From: Escherichia phage VEc20
Strand: one strand, 5' to 3'
Sequence record: MN022785.1
Length of the DNA: 64,000 bases
Shown: in pieces, positions 18,539 to 27,408 of the stretch
How positions within the stretch are numbered: position 1 is the first letter of the stretch
Layout: each line of letters begins with the position of its first letter
The notes under the pieces: model-generated
What the model was told of the DNA's origin: nothing
The model's database searches: none
The model's input: the letters and a program-made list of their open reading frames with translations, nothing else
Translations under genes and position numbers: made by a program

Positions 18539-19507
18539 TTATTTCAGAAGAGTAACCTCAGCGATTTCTTCCCAACCGTTTTTGTCGGTCATAATAAAGT
18601 CAGCAAGATAAAGAGCAGTACGCAGTGAAACATTACGTAAACGGTTAACATTGACTTTCATCCATGATAATGCTTTATAAGTTTCTTCATCAGAAAGACC
18701 GCGCTTTTGCATCATGTCGGTTGAAAGAATAACATCTTCAACCCTGACCATAATTTCTTCATTAGTGTGAACACCCAAATCTAAATAAACTGAGCGGGAC
18801 ACTAATGCTTGTAAATGTGGAGCAAGTTTAGTACCACGGTCTAATTCGCGGTCAATGTCAACGTTTGTGATAAAAACAATCGTTCCTTTAAATTCAAACT
18901 CACGCTCAATGCCTTTTTCTTCTAAGTAAGAAGATGCGGTGCTCCAGCAGACTTTGCGGGTCTCTCCGGTGTCCAGAGCAGCTTTCAGAAGATTAAGAAT
19001 GTCCATATCAGAGAAAACATCCACATCATCAATCAAAAGGACAGAATTCTCTTCACGATTATTCCAAAGCTGTTCATAAAGACCGATACCGGAGATTTTA
19101 CCGTTAATGCTTTTATATTCAATGTATCCATTATCATTTGCTTTATTCAAAGCTTTATCTAAAGAATACGTTTTACCAATACCCGCCGCACCAGAGATAA
19201 TTAATGAACGAATGTTTCCGTTAATAATACCATTCGTCATCATTCCCATAACATTAAATCTTTTATTAATGCGGGTTTTCATATCTTCATATGATTCTTT
19301 AACTTCTTCAACTTTTACACCATCATATGAAATGTCTGATTTGTAAACCCAAACACCGCGACGCTTACCGTCAATTTCAACAAAAACTTTACCATCTCCT
19401 TGTGCATCCACCGGAGCATTATCTGGGAACCATTCACCTAAGAGCTCAAAAGTTCCAGAGATTTCTTTACCAAAGTAGATACCCTTATTGATAGTTACAG
19501 TTTTCAT
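18539..19507 (-). CDS. P-loop NTPase (AAA-like) of unknown function
   Basis: Walker A GAAGIGKT and Walker B LLIDDVD; start set at MKTVT with GGAG 8 nt upstream. Confidence 0.65.
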   Translation of the reverse strand: MKTVTINKGIYFGKEISGTFELLGEWFPDNAPVDAQGDGKVFVEIDGKRRGVWVYKSDISYDGVKVEEVKESYEDMKTRINKRFNVMGMMTNGIINGNIRSLIISGAAGIGKTYSLDKALNKANDNGYIEYKSINGKISGIGLYEQLWNNREENSVLLIDDVDVFSDMDILNLLKAALDTGETRKVCWSTASSYLEEKGIEREFEFKGTIVFITNVDIDRELDRGTKLAPHLQALVSRSVYLDLGVHTNEEIMVRVEDVILSTDMMQKRGLSDEETYKALSWMKVNVNRLRNVSLRTALYLADFIMTDKNGWEEIAEVTLLK

Positions 19508-19542
19508 TTTATTCTCCAATTTTACATTTGTTTTGATAGGGT

Positions 19543-19573
19543 AATAGTATCACACTACTACCCTGCTGTAAAC
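19543..19573 (-). promoter_or_regulatory. PeSL-type early promoter-like element
   Basis: GTTTACA, 17 nt, TACTAT on the minus strand with an inverted repeat around the -10. Confidence 0.5.
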
Positions 19574-19576
19574 AAT

Positions 19577-19840
19577 TTATTTTAATGTTTGCCAAATTTT
19601 TACTGCTTCGCGACGAGATACTTCTACAGCTCCAAGTTCTACAGCTTTTTGGCGTCGCCGAGCGTGTAAGTCATAATGTTTAATGCGTTTATCTTGAAAC
19701 CAAGAACGTTTCATTCCTATTGCTTCTGCCATTTCGTGAAGCTCTTCAATATCTCCATCAGTGAACATATGACAATTTTTAGTTGGATGACCGCGAAGTT
19801 TCCATCCATGATTCATTAAAACATCTACGTAAACTGTCAT
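19577..19840 (-). CDS. Hypothetical protein
   Basis: 87-aa ORF (MTVYVDVLMNHGWKLRGH...CHMF...HYDL). Confidence 0.5.
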   Translation of the reverse strand: MTVYVDVLMNHGWKLRGHPTKNCHMFTDGDIEELHEMAEAIGMKRSWFQDKRIKHYDLHARRRQKAVELGAVEVSRREAVKIWQTLK

Positions 19841-19988
19841 TGATTCTTCTCCAAATAAGTTTCGATAATTTTCTGGGCGAGATAAACCGCGTTATCTTCA
19901 GTTGCGTCTTCTAAGAAACTTTCAAAACACTCTGAAATTTCTTCTGTATCAATCAACTTTTTTACTTCAATTGGTGTAATTTTCATTT
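19839..19988 (-). CDS. Small acidic hypothetical protein
   Basis: Hand-translated 49-aa ORF with ATGA overlap to the downstream gene; below ORF-track cutoff. Confidence 0.3.
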
Positions 19989-20021
19989 TGTTTTCCGTTT
20001 AAGTGTTTGTTTTGATAGTTG

Positions 20022-20052
20022 TATAGTACCATAAAGCTTTATGCTTGTAAAC
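20022..20052 (-). promoter_or_regulatory. PeSL-type early promoter-like element
   Basis: GTTTACA, 17 nt, TACTATA; preceded on the minus strand by the hairpin at 20081-20104 and an A/T-rich block. Confidence 0.5.
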
Positions 20053-20080
20053 AACTTTGTGAAAAATTTTTGAAATAAAA

Positions 20081-20104
20081 AAGGGGACCTCTAGGGCCCC
20101 TTTT
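20081..20104 (-). terminator. GC hairpin (stem-loop part of a PeSL-like element)
   Basis: ggggacctctagggcccc followed by a T-run on the minus strand. Confidence 0.45.
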
Positions 20105-20110
20105 ATGCTT

Positions 20111-20611
20111 TTATTCCATTTCTATTATATGCATGCTCTTTTTGCTATCAAAATATATGTTTTTAACTGTTAACTCCGAATTAATTGGCAATAAAAACTC
20201 TCTTTCATAATCCACCATAGAAAGATTATCATAAAGCTTATTAAGCTTATCATCATCAATCTGGCCAGATTCTTCAATTGCGATTAAATTTTCTAAAATT
20301 TCAATCATAGCAGTTGAATAGTCAAAAACGTTTGCATTTTTTAACACTATTAAAACATTAGTCATATAGCGTTCTGCCGCAAATGTTTCAGCTATATGAG
20401 ATTCACTACTAAAGGAAGTTATTCTTTTAAATTTGATTCTCCTATTAACTTCAAACTTATAAGATAGTACTTCCTCTATTGTAAGTCCTCTAAAAAGCAC
20501 GTCTTTAATCTCAAGTTTGTCTTTAATGTAATCATTAACACGCTTATGATTAAAATCATTAATTTTGTTGCCAAGGCATTTCATTAAAATATGCATTGTG
20601 TTTCTCTTCAA
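20111..20611 (-). CDS. Hypothetical protein, cassette flanked by near-identical promoter/stem-loop repeats
   Basis: 166-aa ORF. Confidence 0.55.
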   Translation of the reverse strand: MKRNTMHILMKCLGNKINDFNHKRVNDYIKDKLEIKDVLFRGLTIEEVLSYKFEVNRRIKFKRITSFSSESHIAETFAAERYMTNVLIVLKNANVFDYSTAMIEILENLIAIEESGQIDDDKLNKLYDNLSMVDYEREFLLPINSELTVKNIYFDSKKSMHIIEME

Positions 20612-20643
20612 TTTTTAAAGAACAATTAATTAACTACAAATAT

Positions 20644-20673
20644 ATTATAATATGCTTTATGATAGAAGTAAAC
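20644..20673 (-). promoter_or_regulatory. Early promoter-like element with canonical -10
   Basis: Minus strand TTTACT, 17 nt, TATAAT. Confidence 0.55.
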
Positions 20674-20703
20674 CACTTTGTGAAAAATTTTTGAAATAAA
20701 AAA

Positions 20704-20721
20704 GGGAGCCCGAAGGCTCCC
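20704..20721 (-). terminator. UUCG-tetraloop hairpin
   Basis: gggagcccgaaggctccc. Confidence 0.5.
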
Positions 20722-20723
20722 TA

Positions 20724-21737
20724 TCATTTATAATAACTTCGGTGGTTTTCAAGATAGACCTTCTCAAGGAAGTCATCCCAGAAACCCATGTCCACTTTTT
20801 GCTGCATACCGTTCTTAGAAGCTTCAGTAGATGCTGCTTCTACTTGATCGACCACATCTTCCAAAAACTCTTGAACGGTTTTAAATGGATGTTTACCCAA
20901 CTTCACGTCGAGAATAAATGGAGCGTCTTGAAGTGGATAAATCAAGTCGCCAGTTTTGTAAATTTCCAATAGTTGGAGTCCACCACGGCAAGCATGACTC
21001 AAAGCTTTCCAGTTAATACCTTCATTGGCTTCGGCCTTACGAGCACGTTCACCATATTCAGCATCTAATTTGTTCAGTGACTGCTTAAGCTCAATAAGAG
21101 AAAGAGTTGTCTGATATTTACGACCCAACACAGTGTAGAACGTTTGTGGACCTGTTTTCTCATGATTATGGAACACCCATTCACAGAATTCATTTTCTGG
21201 AAGACGATGCTTAATATCTTCAACTTTAGTGCGGCGCTGCTTAATAGAACCATCTTCTTGGTAATCAACCCATTGCTCGGGGATTTGATTAACTACTTTC
21301 AATACATCACGTAATGCAGCCAAACGAGAACCCTTAACGCCGTATTTAGAAGCTTGCTTACGGACATATCCTAAATATGATTTCATGTTAGTCGTATAAA
21401 AACGAGAACGATTGTCTTGAATAAACTTCCATACATCAGGCAAATCTGATTTAACCACTAGCTCAGGTGGAGTGTGAAGCATATCCAACGCTACAGTTTC
21501 ACCATCTGCTGCTAATTTAAAGAAATATTTAAGACTGTATAGTTCATGGTCAATATCATCTTTAGTGTTTTTAGATGATGTGTTGTTAGTGTTTTTACTC
21601 ATATGCTCTTTGACATTTCCGATAAGAATATCGCGAGCAGGAGGAACAAAGATTTCTTTAAAATCGACATCAGATTCTGGTGTAGAAGTTCCATAAAGAT
21701 GACTACCAAAATAACTTTTCATTACTGTTTTCATCAT
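20724..21737 (-). CDS. Nucleotidyltransferase-like protein (Pol-beta superfamily motif)
   Basis: 337 aa; N-terminal GSHLYGTSTPESDVDF (Gly-Ser followed by a DxD pair) and a downstream acidic residue (ALDMLH). Confidence 0.6.
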   Translation of the reverse strand: MMKTVMKSYFGSHLYGTSTPESDVDFKEIFVPPARDILIGNVKEHMSKNTNNTSSKNTKDDIDHELYSLKYFFKLAADGETVALDMLHTPPELVVKSDLPDVWKFIQDNRSRFYTTNMKSYLGYVRKQASKYGVKGSRLAALRDVLKVVNQIPEQWVDYQEDGSIKQRRTKVEDIKHRLPENEFCEWVFHNHEKTGPQTFYTVLGRKYQTTLSLIELKQSLNKLDAEYGERARKAEANEGINWKALSHACRGGLQLLEIYKTGDLIYPLQDAPFILDVKLGKHPFKTVQEFLEDVVDQVEAASTEASKNGMQQKVDMGFWDDFLEKVYLENHRSYYK

Positions 21738-22195
21738 TCAGCCTTATATTCAATAACAGGACACACTTTAGCTTTACGAGCTTTTAAAAATTCAACGATA
21801 ATCGATTTCTTGGGTTGAATAGGAGGTAAACCTTTATTTTTCCTATCAATGTTTTCTACGTGTAAAGCATAATCCTTTTTCCATTTATAATCTTTATATT
21901 TTTCACGCAAATGTACAGGAATAACAAATGAACCAATAATAAGTAAAACAAGCAAAATGGCAAGTATAAATGCTGATGGAAGCAAAGTCCATAAACTACC
22001 GAAAATAAGCCATCGTTGTAAGCTTTCTGCACAAATAATTGTTAGCCCTACGAGTATAGCACACCCAAAAATAGAAACGAAAAATGTAGGGATAACAATA
22101 GACCAAAAATATGCGCATAGTGTCTTAGGTCGTTGCCATTCATCGTTAAACAATTTGAATAATTTATAGTGCCAAGAGTTTTCATTAATAATCAT
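21734..22195 (-). CDS. Membrane protein (2-3 predicted TM helices), ATGA-coupled to the nucleotidyltransferase-like gene
   Basis: 153 aa with long hydrophobic stretches. Confidence 0.55.
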   Translation of the reverse strand: MIINENSWHYKLFKLFNDEWQRPKTLCAYFWSIVIPTFFVSIFGCAILVGLTIICAESLQRWLIFGSLWTLLPSAFILAILLVLLIIGSFVIPVHLREKYKDYKWKKDYALHVENIDRKNKGLPPIQPKKSIIVEFLKARKAKVCPVIEYKAE

Positions 22196-22197
22196 AA

Positions 22198-22719
22198 CTA
22201 TCCTTTCATTGAAGGCGTAACAGTTGTTAAATACTTAATCATAGCTTCAGCTTCTGATTTTGATAGTGAAATTTCTCCATTGTTTTGACGAATAGAAATA
22301 AAATCCGGATGACGGTCACCACCAGCTTTTAAAACACACATATAAGTATCAGTTTCATCTTCAATATTTGAAATGATTGAAGCAGTTCCACATGAATGCG
22401 GTTTTTGATAAATCAATACAGCTTTTCTTCCGCCATTTGACTGTTCATAAACTTTTAATACATCAAACAAATCACTTCTTTTATCAATAGCTAAAATGTT
22501 ATTTTCATCTTCAATGTTAAATCCTTCGGATACTTCATAAAGTGTCACCCATAAATCGCCAATATCAATAACAGCGTTCACTTTTCCATGACTTTCAAGA
22601 GCATGACAAATTTTCTTGATTTCGTCATAACTCATTTTAATAATATCATCTCCTTGAATAAGAAAGATGTCATTTTTAAATTCAACACGAATTAAACCAC
22701 TTCCACTTGAAATAAACAT
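22198..22719 (-). CDS. Hypothetical protein, paralog of 22726..23283
   Basis: 173 aa; C-terminal tail SKSEAEAMIKYLTTVTPSM resembles TKDEAIALKTYLDSVIPTM in the neighbour. Confidence 0.55.
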   Translation of the reverse strand: MFISSGSGLIRVEFKNDIFLIQGDDIIKMSYDEIKKICHALESHGKVNAVIDIGDLWVTLYEVSEGFNIEDENNILAIDKRSDLFDVLKVYEQSNGGRKAVLIYQKPHSCGTASIISNIEDETDTYMCVLKAGGDRHPDFISIRQNNGEISLSKSEAEAMIKYLTTVTPSMKG

Positions 22720-22725
22720 ATTTCC

Positions 22726-23283
22726 TCACTTTGAAATCATAGTTGGAATGACAGAATCAAGATAAGTCTTTAGTGCAATAGCTTCGTCTTTGGTAAATGT
22801 GACAATATGTGATCGAAAATCGTCGATTTGGCGAATAGTTAAGACATCTCCCTCTTCATAACATTTTGATACATTTAAAAGAGTTTCATCATTCTGATTG
22901 CAAGAGTTAGTAATAATAGCATTGCAATTTTTGAGCCATTTTAAACTATGTTTTCTTTCATTAGAATAATAAAAATATTTAATCTTAGCTATAAAACTAT
23001 CCCAATGGATAACTGATAAACACATTGACTCACTTTTAATATTAAATCCTGGGCATGAAGAATAAAAATGAATTTTGTGCTCATCATTGATACTTACTAT
23101 TTTATCAGTATAAGGATATTCAATTTGGGTTAAATGAATGATTTCACTAGGCGTAAAATATAGCATATCGTCTTCTTGCGTCAAACGATACATGTTATTT
23201 ACTTTTTCTATAGCCAATTCACCAAAAAGCGGACTAACTTCTAATACTAATCGTTTCATATTGATTCTCTTCGACTCACTCAC
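22726..23283 (-). CDS. Hypothetical protein, paralog of 22198..22719
   Basis: 185-aa ORF. Confidence 0.55.
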   Translation of the reverse strand: MSESKRINMKRLVLEVSPLFGELAIEKVNNMYRLTQEDDMLYFTPSEIIHLTQIEYPYTDKIVSINDEHKIHFYSSCPGFNIKSESMCLSVIHWDSFIAKIKYFYYSNERKHSLKWLKNCNAIITNSCNQNDETLLNVSKCYEEGDVLTIRQIDDFRSHIVTFTKDEAIALKTYLDSVIPTMISK

Positions 23284-23418
23284 AATTACATACTCCTTTG
23301 AATAATATCAATAATGTTGTTCACCAGATTATAAGTAAACATTGGGTAATTATATTGAATCATTACATACACAACAAACAAAACTTTCATTCTCTTCTCC
23401 TTGACAGTTGACAAGATT

Positions 23419-23448
23419 ACTATACCATAACCTTGCCAACTTGTAAAC
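23419..23448 (-). promoter_or_regulatory. Early promoter-like element
   Basis: Minus strand TTTACA, 17 nt, TATAGT. Confidence 0.45.
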
Positions 23449-23450
23449 CG

Positions 23451-23624
23451 TTAAATGTTGTTTTCAATAAAATTCTGAAGCTTTGTGTGAGCATCAACCA
23501 TGATTTTCATTTCTTCTTTGGCGAAAGCTGTACCTCTTTCCCGAGAAGAACACTCATAGTCAGAAACTGCATTAGCATATTCTTCAATTAGTTTCATTAA
23601 AAACATCTGCTTTTCAGTTTTCAT
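23451..23624 (-). CDS. Small ORF beginning MKTEKQ
   Basis: Hand-translated 57 aa (MKTEKQMFLMKLIEEYANAV...); shares its N-terminus with 23811..24014. Confidence 0.3.
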   Translation of the reverse strand: MKTEKQMFLMKLIEEYANAVSDYECSSRERGTAFAKEEMKIMVDAHTKLQNFIENNI

Positions 23625-23808
23625 TGTTCCACCTAATCATTTCAAGATATTGAACTAACTTAGCTTTAGATTTATCCAAATCCTTTTTAGCTGCTTCTAT
23701 ACCATCGTATGAATATCCTTCACAATGCTCAACTGCTAATTGATATGAATCTATTTCAATATCACGTGCTAATTTAATGATTTTTTCAAACTGTTCGCGT
23801 GTTAGCAT
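23614..23808 (-). CDS. Small hypothetical protein
   Basis: 64-aa ORF. Confidence 0.45.
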   Translation of the reverse strand: MLTREQFEKIIKLARDIEIDSYQLAVEHCEGYSYDGIEAAKKDLDKSKAKLVQYLEMIRWNNEN

Positions 23809-23810
23809 AC

Positions 23811-24014
23811 TTACACTCTCGTATTATGATCGATAATTTCATCAAGAAACATATCTAACGCTTCTATAGCATTATCCACTTTAGTTTCAAAGTCTTTAAT
23901 GCCTTTATTCGAAATACCCGATGAATACCAAGCAAAGTCAATCAGCTCTTCATCTGCTTTGCGAATTGAAGCCACTAATTCCTTAATTTTATCCGCTTGC
24001 TTTTCAGTTTTCAT
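23811..24014 (-). CDS. Small hypothetical protein beginning MKTEKQ
   Basis: ORF 23811..24050 with start set at the internal Met. Confidence 0.45.
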   Translation of the reverse strand: MKTEKQADKIKELVASIRKADEELIDFAWYSSGISNKGIKDFETKVDNAIEALDMFLDEIIDHNTRV

Positions 24015-24202
24015 TATTCCACCACATATGAAAGAGAGAATATTGCACACGCCATGTGAGTTGCAACTTCATCACACATATTATAACGTTTCTTGAGAAG
24101 TTCTACAAGTTCTTCACTAGTAACTTCATCCATGTCGACGAAAAAATCACCATTAATGATGACGTAGATATTTCCTTCTTGATTAAGTGCTTCAATTTTC
24201 AT
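24014..24202 (-). CDS. Small hypothetical protein
   Basis: ORF 24014..24247; start moved to MKIEALNQ because a promoter-like element lies at 24230-24260. Confidence 0.4.
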
Positions 24203-24229
24203 GATGTTCTCCTCTTTATCCGATGGTTG

Positions 24230-24260
24230 TATAGTACCACAGCTCAAACGGAAAGTAAAC
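24230..24260 (-). promoter_or_regulatory. PeSL-type early promoter-like element
   Basis: GTTTAC, spacer, TACTATA; UUCG hairpin (24276-24293) just upstream on the minus strand. Confidence 0.45.
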
Positions 24261-24297
24261 CGGTAAAATGAAAAAAGTCTCCCGAAGGAGACTAATG

Positions 24298-24684
24298 TTA
24301 TTCGAGGGAAAGAAGATACTTACTCTGGTAAAACATTCCAGTAATATCATCTATCGTGCTTTGGATGGCTGGAGGCATTTCTTTATAAATGCTGTTAGAT
24401 TGGTCTAGTATACGATCAATCATTTTAATTGTGTCGGTAGGAAGTTTACTGGCATCTGGAATTGAAGGTGTGTATTTTCTACCAGAATACCCCAAATATT
24501 GCTCACCAAATTTATCAATCAAATCTGGCAACTCGGAGAAAATAAAATCGTATGCTTTGTGTCTAGCATAACTTTTAGTTTCAAAATGTGCAGAATGAAA
24601 ATAAGCTTGTGCAGCCATTAATAAACCTAAGTATTCATCTGCCTTTGAAGGTTTTCCACTTTGTGAAAAGTCGCTGAATTTCAT
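24298..24684 (-). CDS. Hypothetical protein (rI.-1 position)
   Basis: 128 aa; ATGA overlap with rI. Confidence 0.55.
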
Positions 24685-24974
24685 TCAGTCTCCAATTTAA
24701 TGTTCATAATTCTAGCGTATGATTGTGCCATCTCCGCGCCTCGTTCTATACATTCAAAATCAGAAGAGCACGGGTCATTTTTATAGGTCGTTCTCATAAA
24801 ACTATAGAATTGTTCAGACGATTCTACGCTTTTATTTTCAAAAAGTGTATAAACGTGCCTAATACCAGATTCCATAAATTTATCAAAATGAGGATCGACA
24901 TTCGCTTCAATCGGTGGAGATAAAGCAAACGCTAATCCTAGCATGGCAAATAGTGCCGTTGCTTTTAAGGCCAT
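24681..24974 (-). CDS. rI: Lysis-inhibition regulator RI (membrane-anchored, periplasmic)
   Basis: 97 aa; N-terminal signal-anchor MALKATALFAMLGLAFALSP, matches recalled T4 RI. Confidence 0.85.
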   Translation of the reverse strand: MALKATALFAMLGLAFALSPPIEANVDPHFDKFMESGIRHVYTLFENKSVESSEQFYSFMRTTYKNDPCSSDFECIERGAEMAQSYARIMNIKLETE

Positions 24975-24986
24975 AAAGGCCTCCTA

Positions 24987-25199
24987 TCATTTTTGTCCTG
25001 TATTTACTTTATGCCGATGCACGGCCTTAACTTTATCAAGGTATTTTTCAAAATTTCGCAATCTAGTATAGTCTGCCGGAGATTGGTTGAGTGATACTTC
25101 TCGACGCAAAGCTGAAATGATATTTCCAACTTCCCTACGAATTTCATCTAATTGAAGCACAGTAAGATTGCGAAGTTGCTTTTCAGTTAATTGTAGCAT
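24987..25199 (-). CDS. Small hypothetical protein (rI.1 position)
   Basis: 70-aa ORF. Confidence 0.5.
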
Positions 25200-25241
25200 A
25201 TATACCCCTTTAGTTAGATAAACCTATTTATAACTTTTGCA

Positions 25242-25823
25242 CTAACCGAGCTTTTTAGTTAATTCATTCCAATGTTTTCTACACAAAGAAACATAAATTT
25301 CATCACCAATACAGATTTGATTACCTTCTTTAACGGGTGTTCCATCTTCCATTAATCGAGCTGTCATAATAGCTTTTTTACCACAATGACAAACTGCCTT
25401 TAGTTCAATAAGTTTATCTGCAATCGCTAAAAGTTCTTTAGAACCTTCAAACAATTTTCCAGCGAAATCAGTCCTTAATCCATAAGCCATAACAGGAACA
25501 TTATATGTATCAACAATTCGACTTAATTGATGCACTTGTTCAGTTTTTAAAAACTGGGCTTCATCTACAAATACGCAATGAATATCTTTTTGTGCTTCAG
25601 CCCATTTATAGAACTCGAAAATATCCATATCATCTGTAATAATATTCGCTTCCTGTTTAATTCCAATGCGAGAAACAACTTCACAGACAGAATCGCGAGT
25701 ATCAATAGCGGGTTTAAGAACTAATACACTCATTCCACGTTCTTTATAATTATGTGCGGCAGTCAAAAGAGAAGCAGATTTTCCAGCATTCATTGCTGCA
25801 TAAGTAAAAATTAAACTCGCCAT
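25242..25823 (-). CDS. tk: Thymidine kinase
   Basis: 193 aa; P-loop AAMNAGKS and zinc-binding Cys pairs, matches T4 Tk length. Confidence 0.9.
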   Translation of the reverse strand: MASLIFTYAAMNAGKSASLLTAAHNYKERGMSVLVLKPAIDTRDSVCEVVSRIGIKQEANIITDDMDIFEFYKWAEAQKDIHCVFVDEAQFLKTEQVHQLSRIVDTYNVPVMAYGLRTDFAGKLFEGSKELLAIADKLIELKAVCHCGKKAIMTARLMEDGTPVKEGNQICIGDEIYVSLCRKHWNELTKKLG

Positions 25824-25832
25824 ATCACCTTC

Positions 25833-26018
25833 TTAAAGCGTATTCACATAAGCTATTAATTCATTTTCTTTCTTATCAAACCGATCAGCAAATTCTTCCT
25901 GCTGTTCGGGAGATAACGGGCCGTATTCATCATAAAAGGTGTTTGCTTCTGTATGCTCATCTAGAAGTTCATGGATAAGCTCAAATAATTTATCTTTTTG
26001 TTCTTTACTCAGACTCAT
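25833..26018 (-). CDS. Small acidic hypothetical protein
   Basis: 61-aa ORF. Confidence 0.45.
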   Translation of the reverse strand: MSLSKEQKDKLFELIHELLDEHTEANTFYDEYGPLSPEQQEEFADRFDKKENELIAYVNTL

Positions 26019-26184
26019 ATATTAATTTCCAAAAGTTTTAAAATAATTCGCTTTTGCTTAAATATTTCCACAGTTAAATGATCAGTATCTTTTTGACCGA
26101 TTCCAATGACAAAACCTTTATTAACAGCGAGTTCAATTAAATTATCAAGCTCACGTAACACTTCGTATTGTAACTCAAAACTAT

Positions 26185-26397
26185 TCATTTTGGTTTACCT
26201 TCTTTAACGAAATCTGGATAAAGATAAAATCCCGAATAAAATCCTTCACCTTTATGATTGATGCATCCTTTATTAGAACAATAGCACCAATAATCGAAAT
26301 CACAAACCATTTCATCGTTGCATAAAGCAAAAACAACCGGCCATTTACACTTTTCGCAGTGGGCATTTTTAAGAATACTAGTTTGGCTCATAACCAT
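26185..26397 (-). CDS. Small Cys-rich hypothetical protein
   Basis: 70 aa with multiple CxxC pairs. Confidence 0.5.
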   Translation of the reverse strand: MVMSQTSILKNAHCEKCKWPVVFALCNDEMVCDFDYWCYCSNKGCINHKGEGFYSGFYLYPDFVKEGKPK

Positions 26398-26615
26398 GTC
26401 ACCTTCAAGCAGTATTCTTCTACATGCTGTTTACGACCTTTCTTATCAATAAAGGTATATTCAACGAATGTTCCAATGTAGTCTTTATCTACATCATGCG
26501 GACTATTAATTGGACATTTAGTACGGCAAATGCGTTCCCATTGACGAATAATTACTGCCTTATTCTTTGGGTCATATGGATGTGGATAATGTATATTCAT
26601 AATAACGGTTCCCAA
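26388..26615 (-). CDS. Small hypothetical protein
   Basis: 75-aa ORF. Confidence 0.45.
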   Translation of the reverse strand: MGTVIMNIHYPHPYDPKNKAVIIRQWERICRTKCPINSPHDVDKDYIGTFVEYTFIDKKGRKQHVEEYCLKVTWL

Positions 26616-27064
26616 TCAACAATCACAATTTCTAATTTAGAGGAATATGTATCTAAAATCCCCTCAATAATATCCCAGTTCCCTTTACCTATGCCTGCAC
26701 CAATCCTAGGCATATAGATTGTAGGTTTAATCAGTTTATTTTCACCAAACTCATTTAATTCTAACATACAATTCATTAAAGCGGAATACTCAAAATTTGG
26801 CCCTGGTTGAAATTGAGTATAAAGATTAAAGCAGTAAGCTTTATGAGTCCTAAAGTATTTTTCATAAACTGAGTAAGAACCAAGTTTAGTTACATCACCC
26901 CATTCAGTCTGTAATTTATCAGCTTCCAAAATTTTAGGGAAAGCTTTGGTTAATTGACCCGCTACGCCTGAACCCATAGTATGAAAACAATTACATCCAT
27001 GCGCAATATTTTTACCTTCAGCGAAAAGGGCGACAATATCGCCCTTGATATATTTTACAATCAT
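26597..27064 (-). CDS. Macro-domain-like protein (putative ADP-ribose binding/hydrolase)
   Basis: 155 aa; N-terminal GDIVA...NIAHGCNCFHTMGSGVAGQ resembles the macro-domain Gly-rich ADP-ribose pocket. Confidence 0.55.
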   Translation of the reverse strand: MIVKYIKGDIVALFAEGKNIAHGCNCFHTMGSGVAGQLTKAFPKILEADKLQTEWGDVTKLGSYSVYEKYFRTHKAYCFNLYTQFQPGPNFEYSALMNCMLELNEFGENKLIKPTIYMPRIGAGIGKGNWDIIEGILDTYSSKLEIVIVDWEPLL

Positions 27065-27408
27065 CTAGTACTCAATCCTCGATTATAAGAATCTACCAAA
27101 CGGTCAACCATTGAATGACAAGCGGCTTTATCTTTCTCCTCCGCAACTGAACATTCTAAGGTATTCCACTTTTTAGCATATCGTTTTAATAATGTATCGT
27201 TTTTGTATCTGCTTGATTTATCTCTTTCTCCGTCTTTATATGCATATATTAATTTCTGTGCAAATTCAGCTTGGCATGCTTTATTTTTCCCACAATAATC
27301 TGCCGCAGTGCGGTTTACATATTCTCTAATTTCAGTATATGATGTATCTGCTGACGCAGAAGCAGAAAATGAAATTAATCCTATACATAAAACCAAAATT
27401 TTAGTCAT
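27061..27408 (-). CDS. Secreted small protein (at the position of T4 vs)
   Basis: 115 aa; clear N-terminal signal peptide (MTKILVLCIGLISFSASASA). Confidence 0.55.
   Translation of the reverse strand: MTKILVLCIGLISFSASASADTSYTEIREYVNRTAADYCGKNKACQAEFAQKLIYAYKDGERDKSSRYKNDTLLKRYAKKWNTLECSVAEEKDKAACHSMVDRLVDSYNRGLSTR

Noticed and set aside
23401-23426. Plus-strand sigma70-like promoter (tandem TTGACA)
   Set aside because: No plus-strand gene follows; the same segment reads as a minus-strand early promoter (TTTACA, 17 nt, TATAGT), consistent with the surrounding gene orientation.
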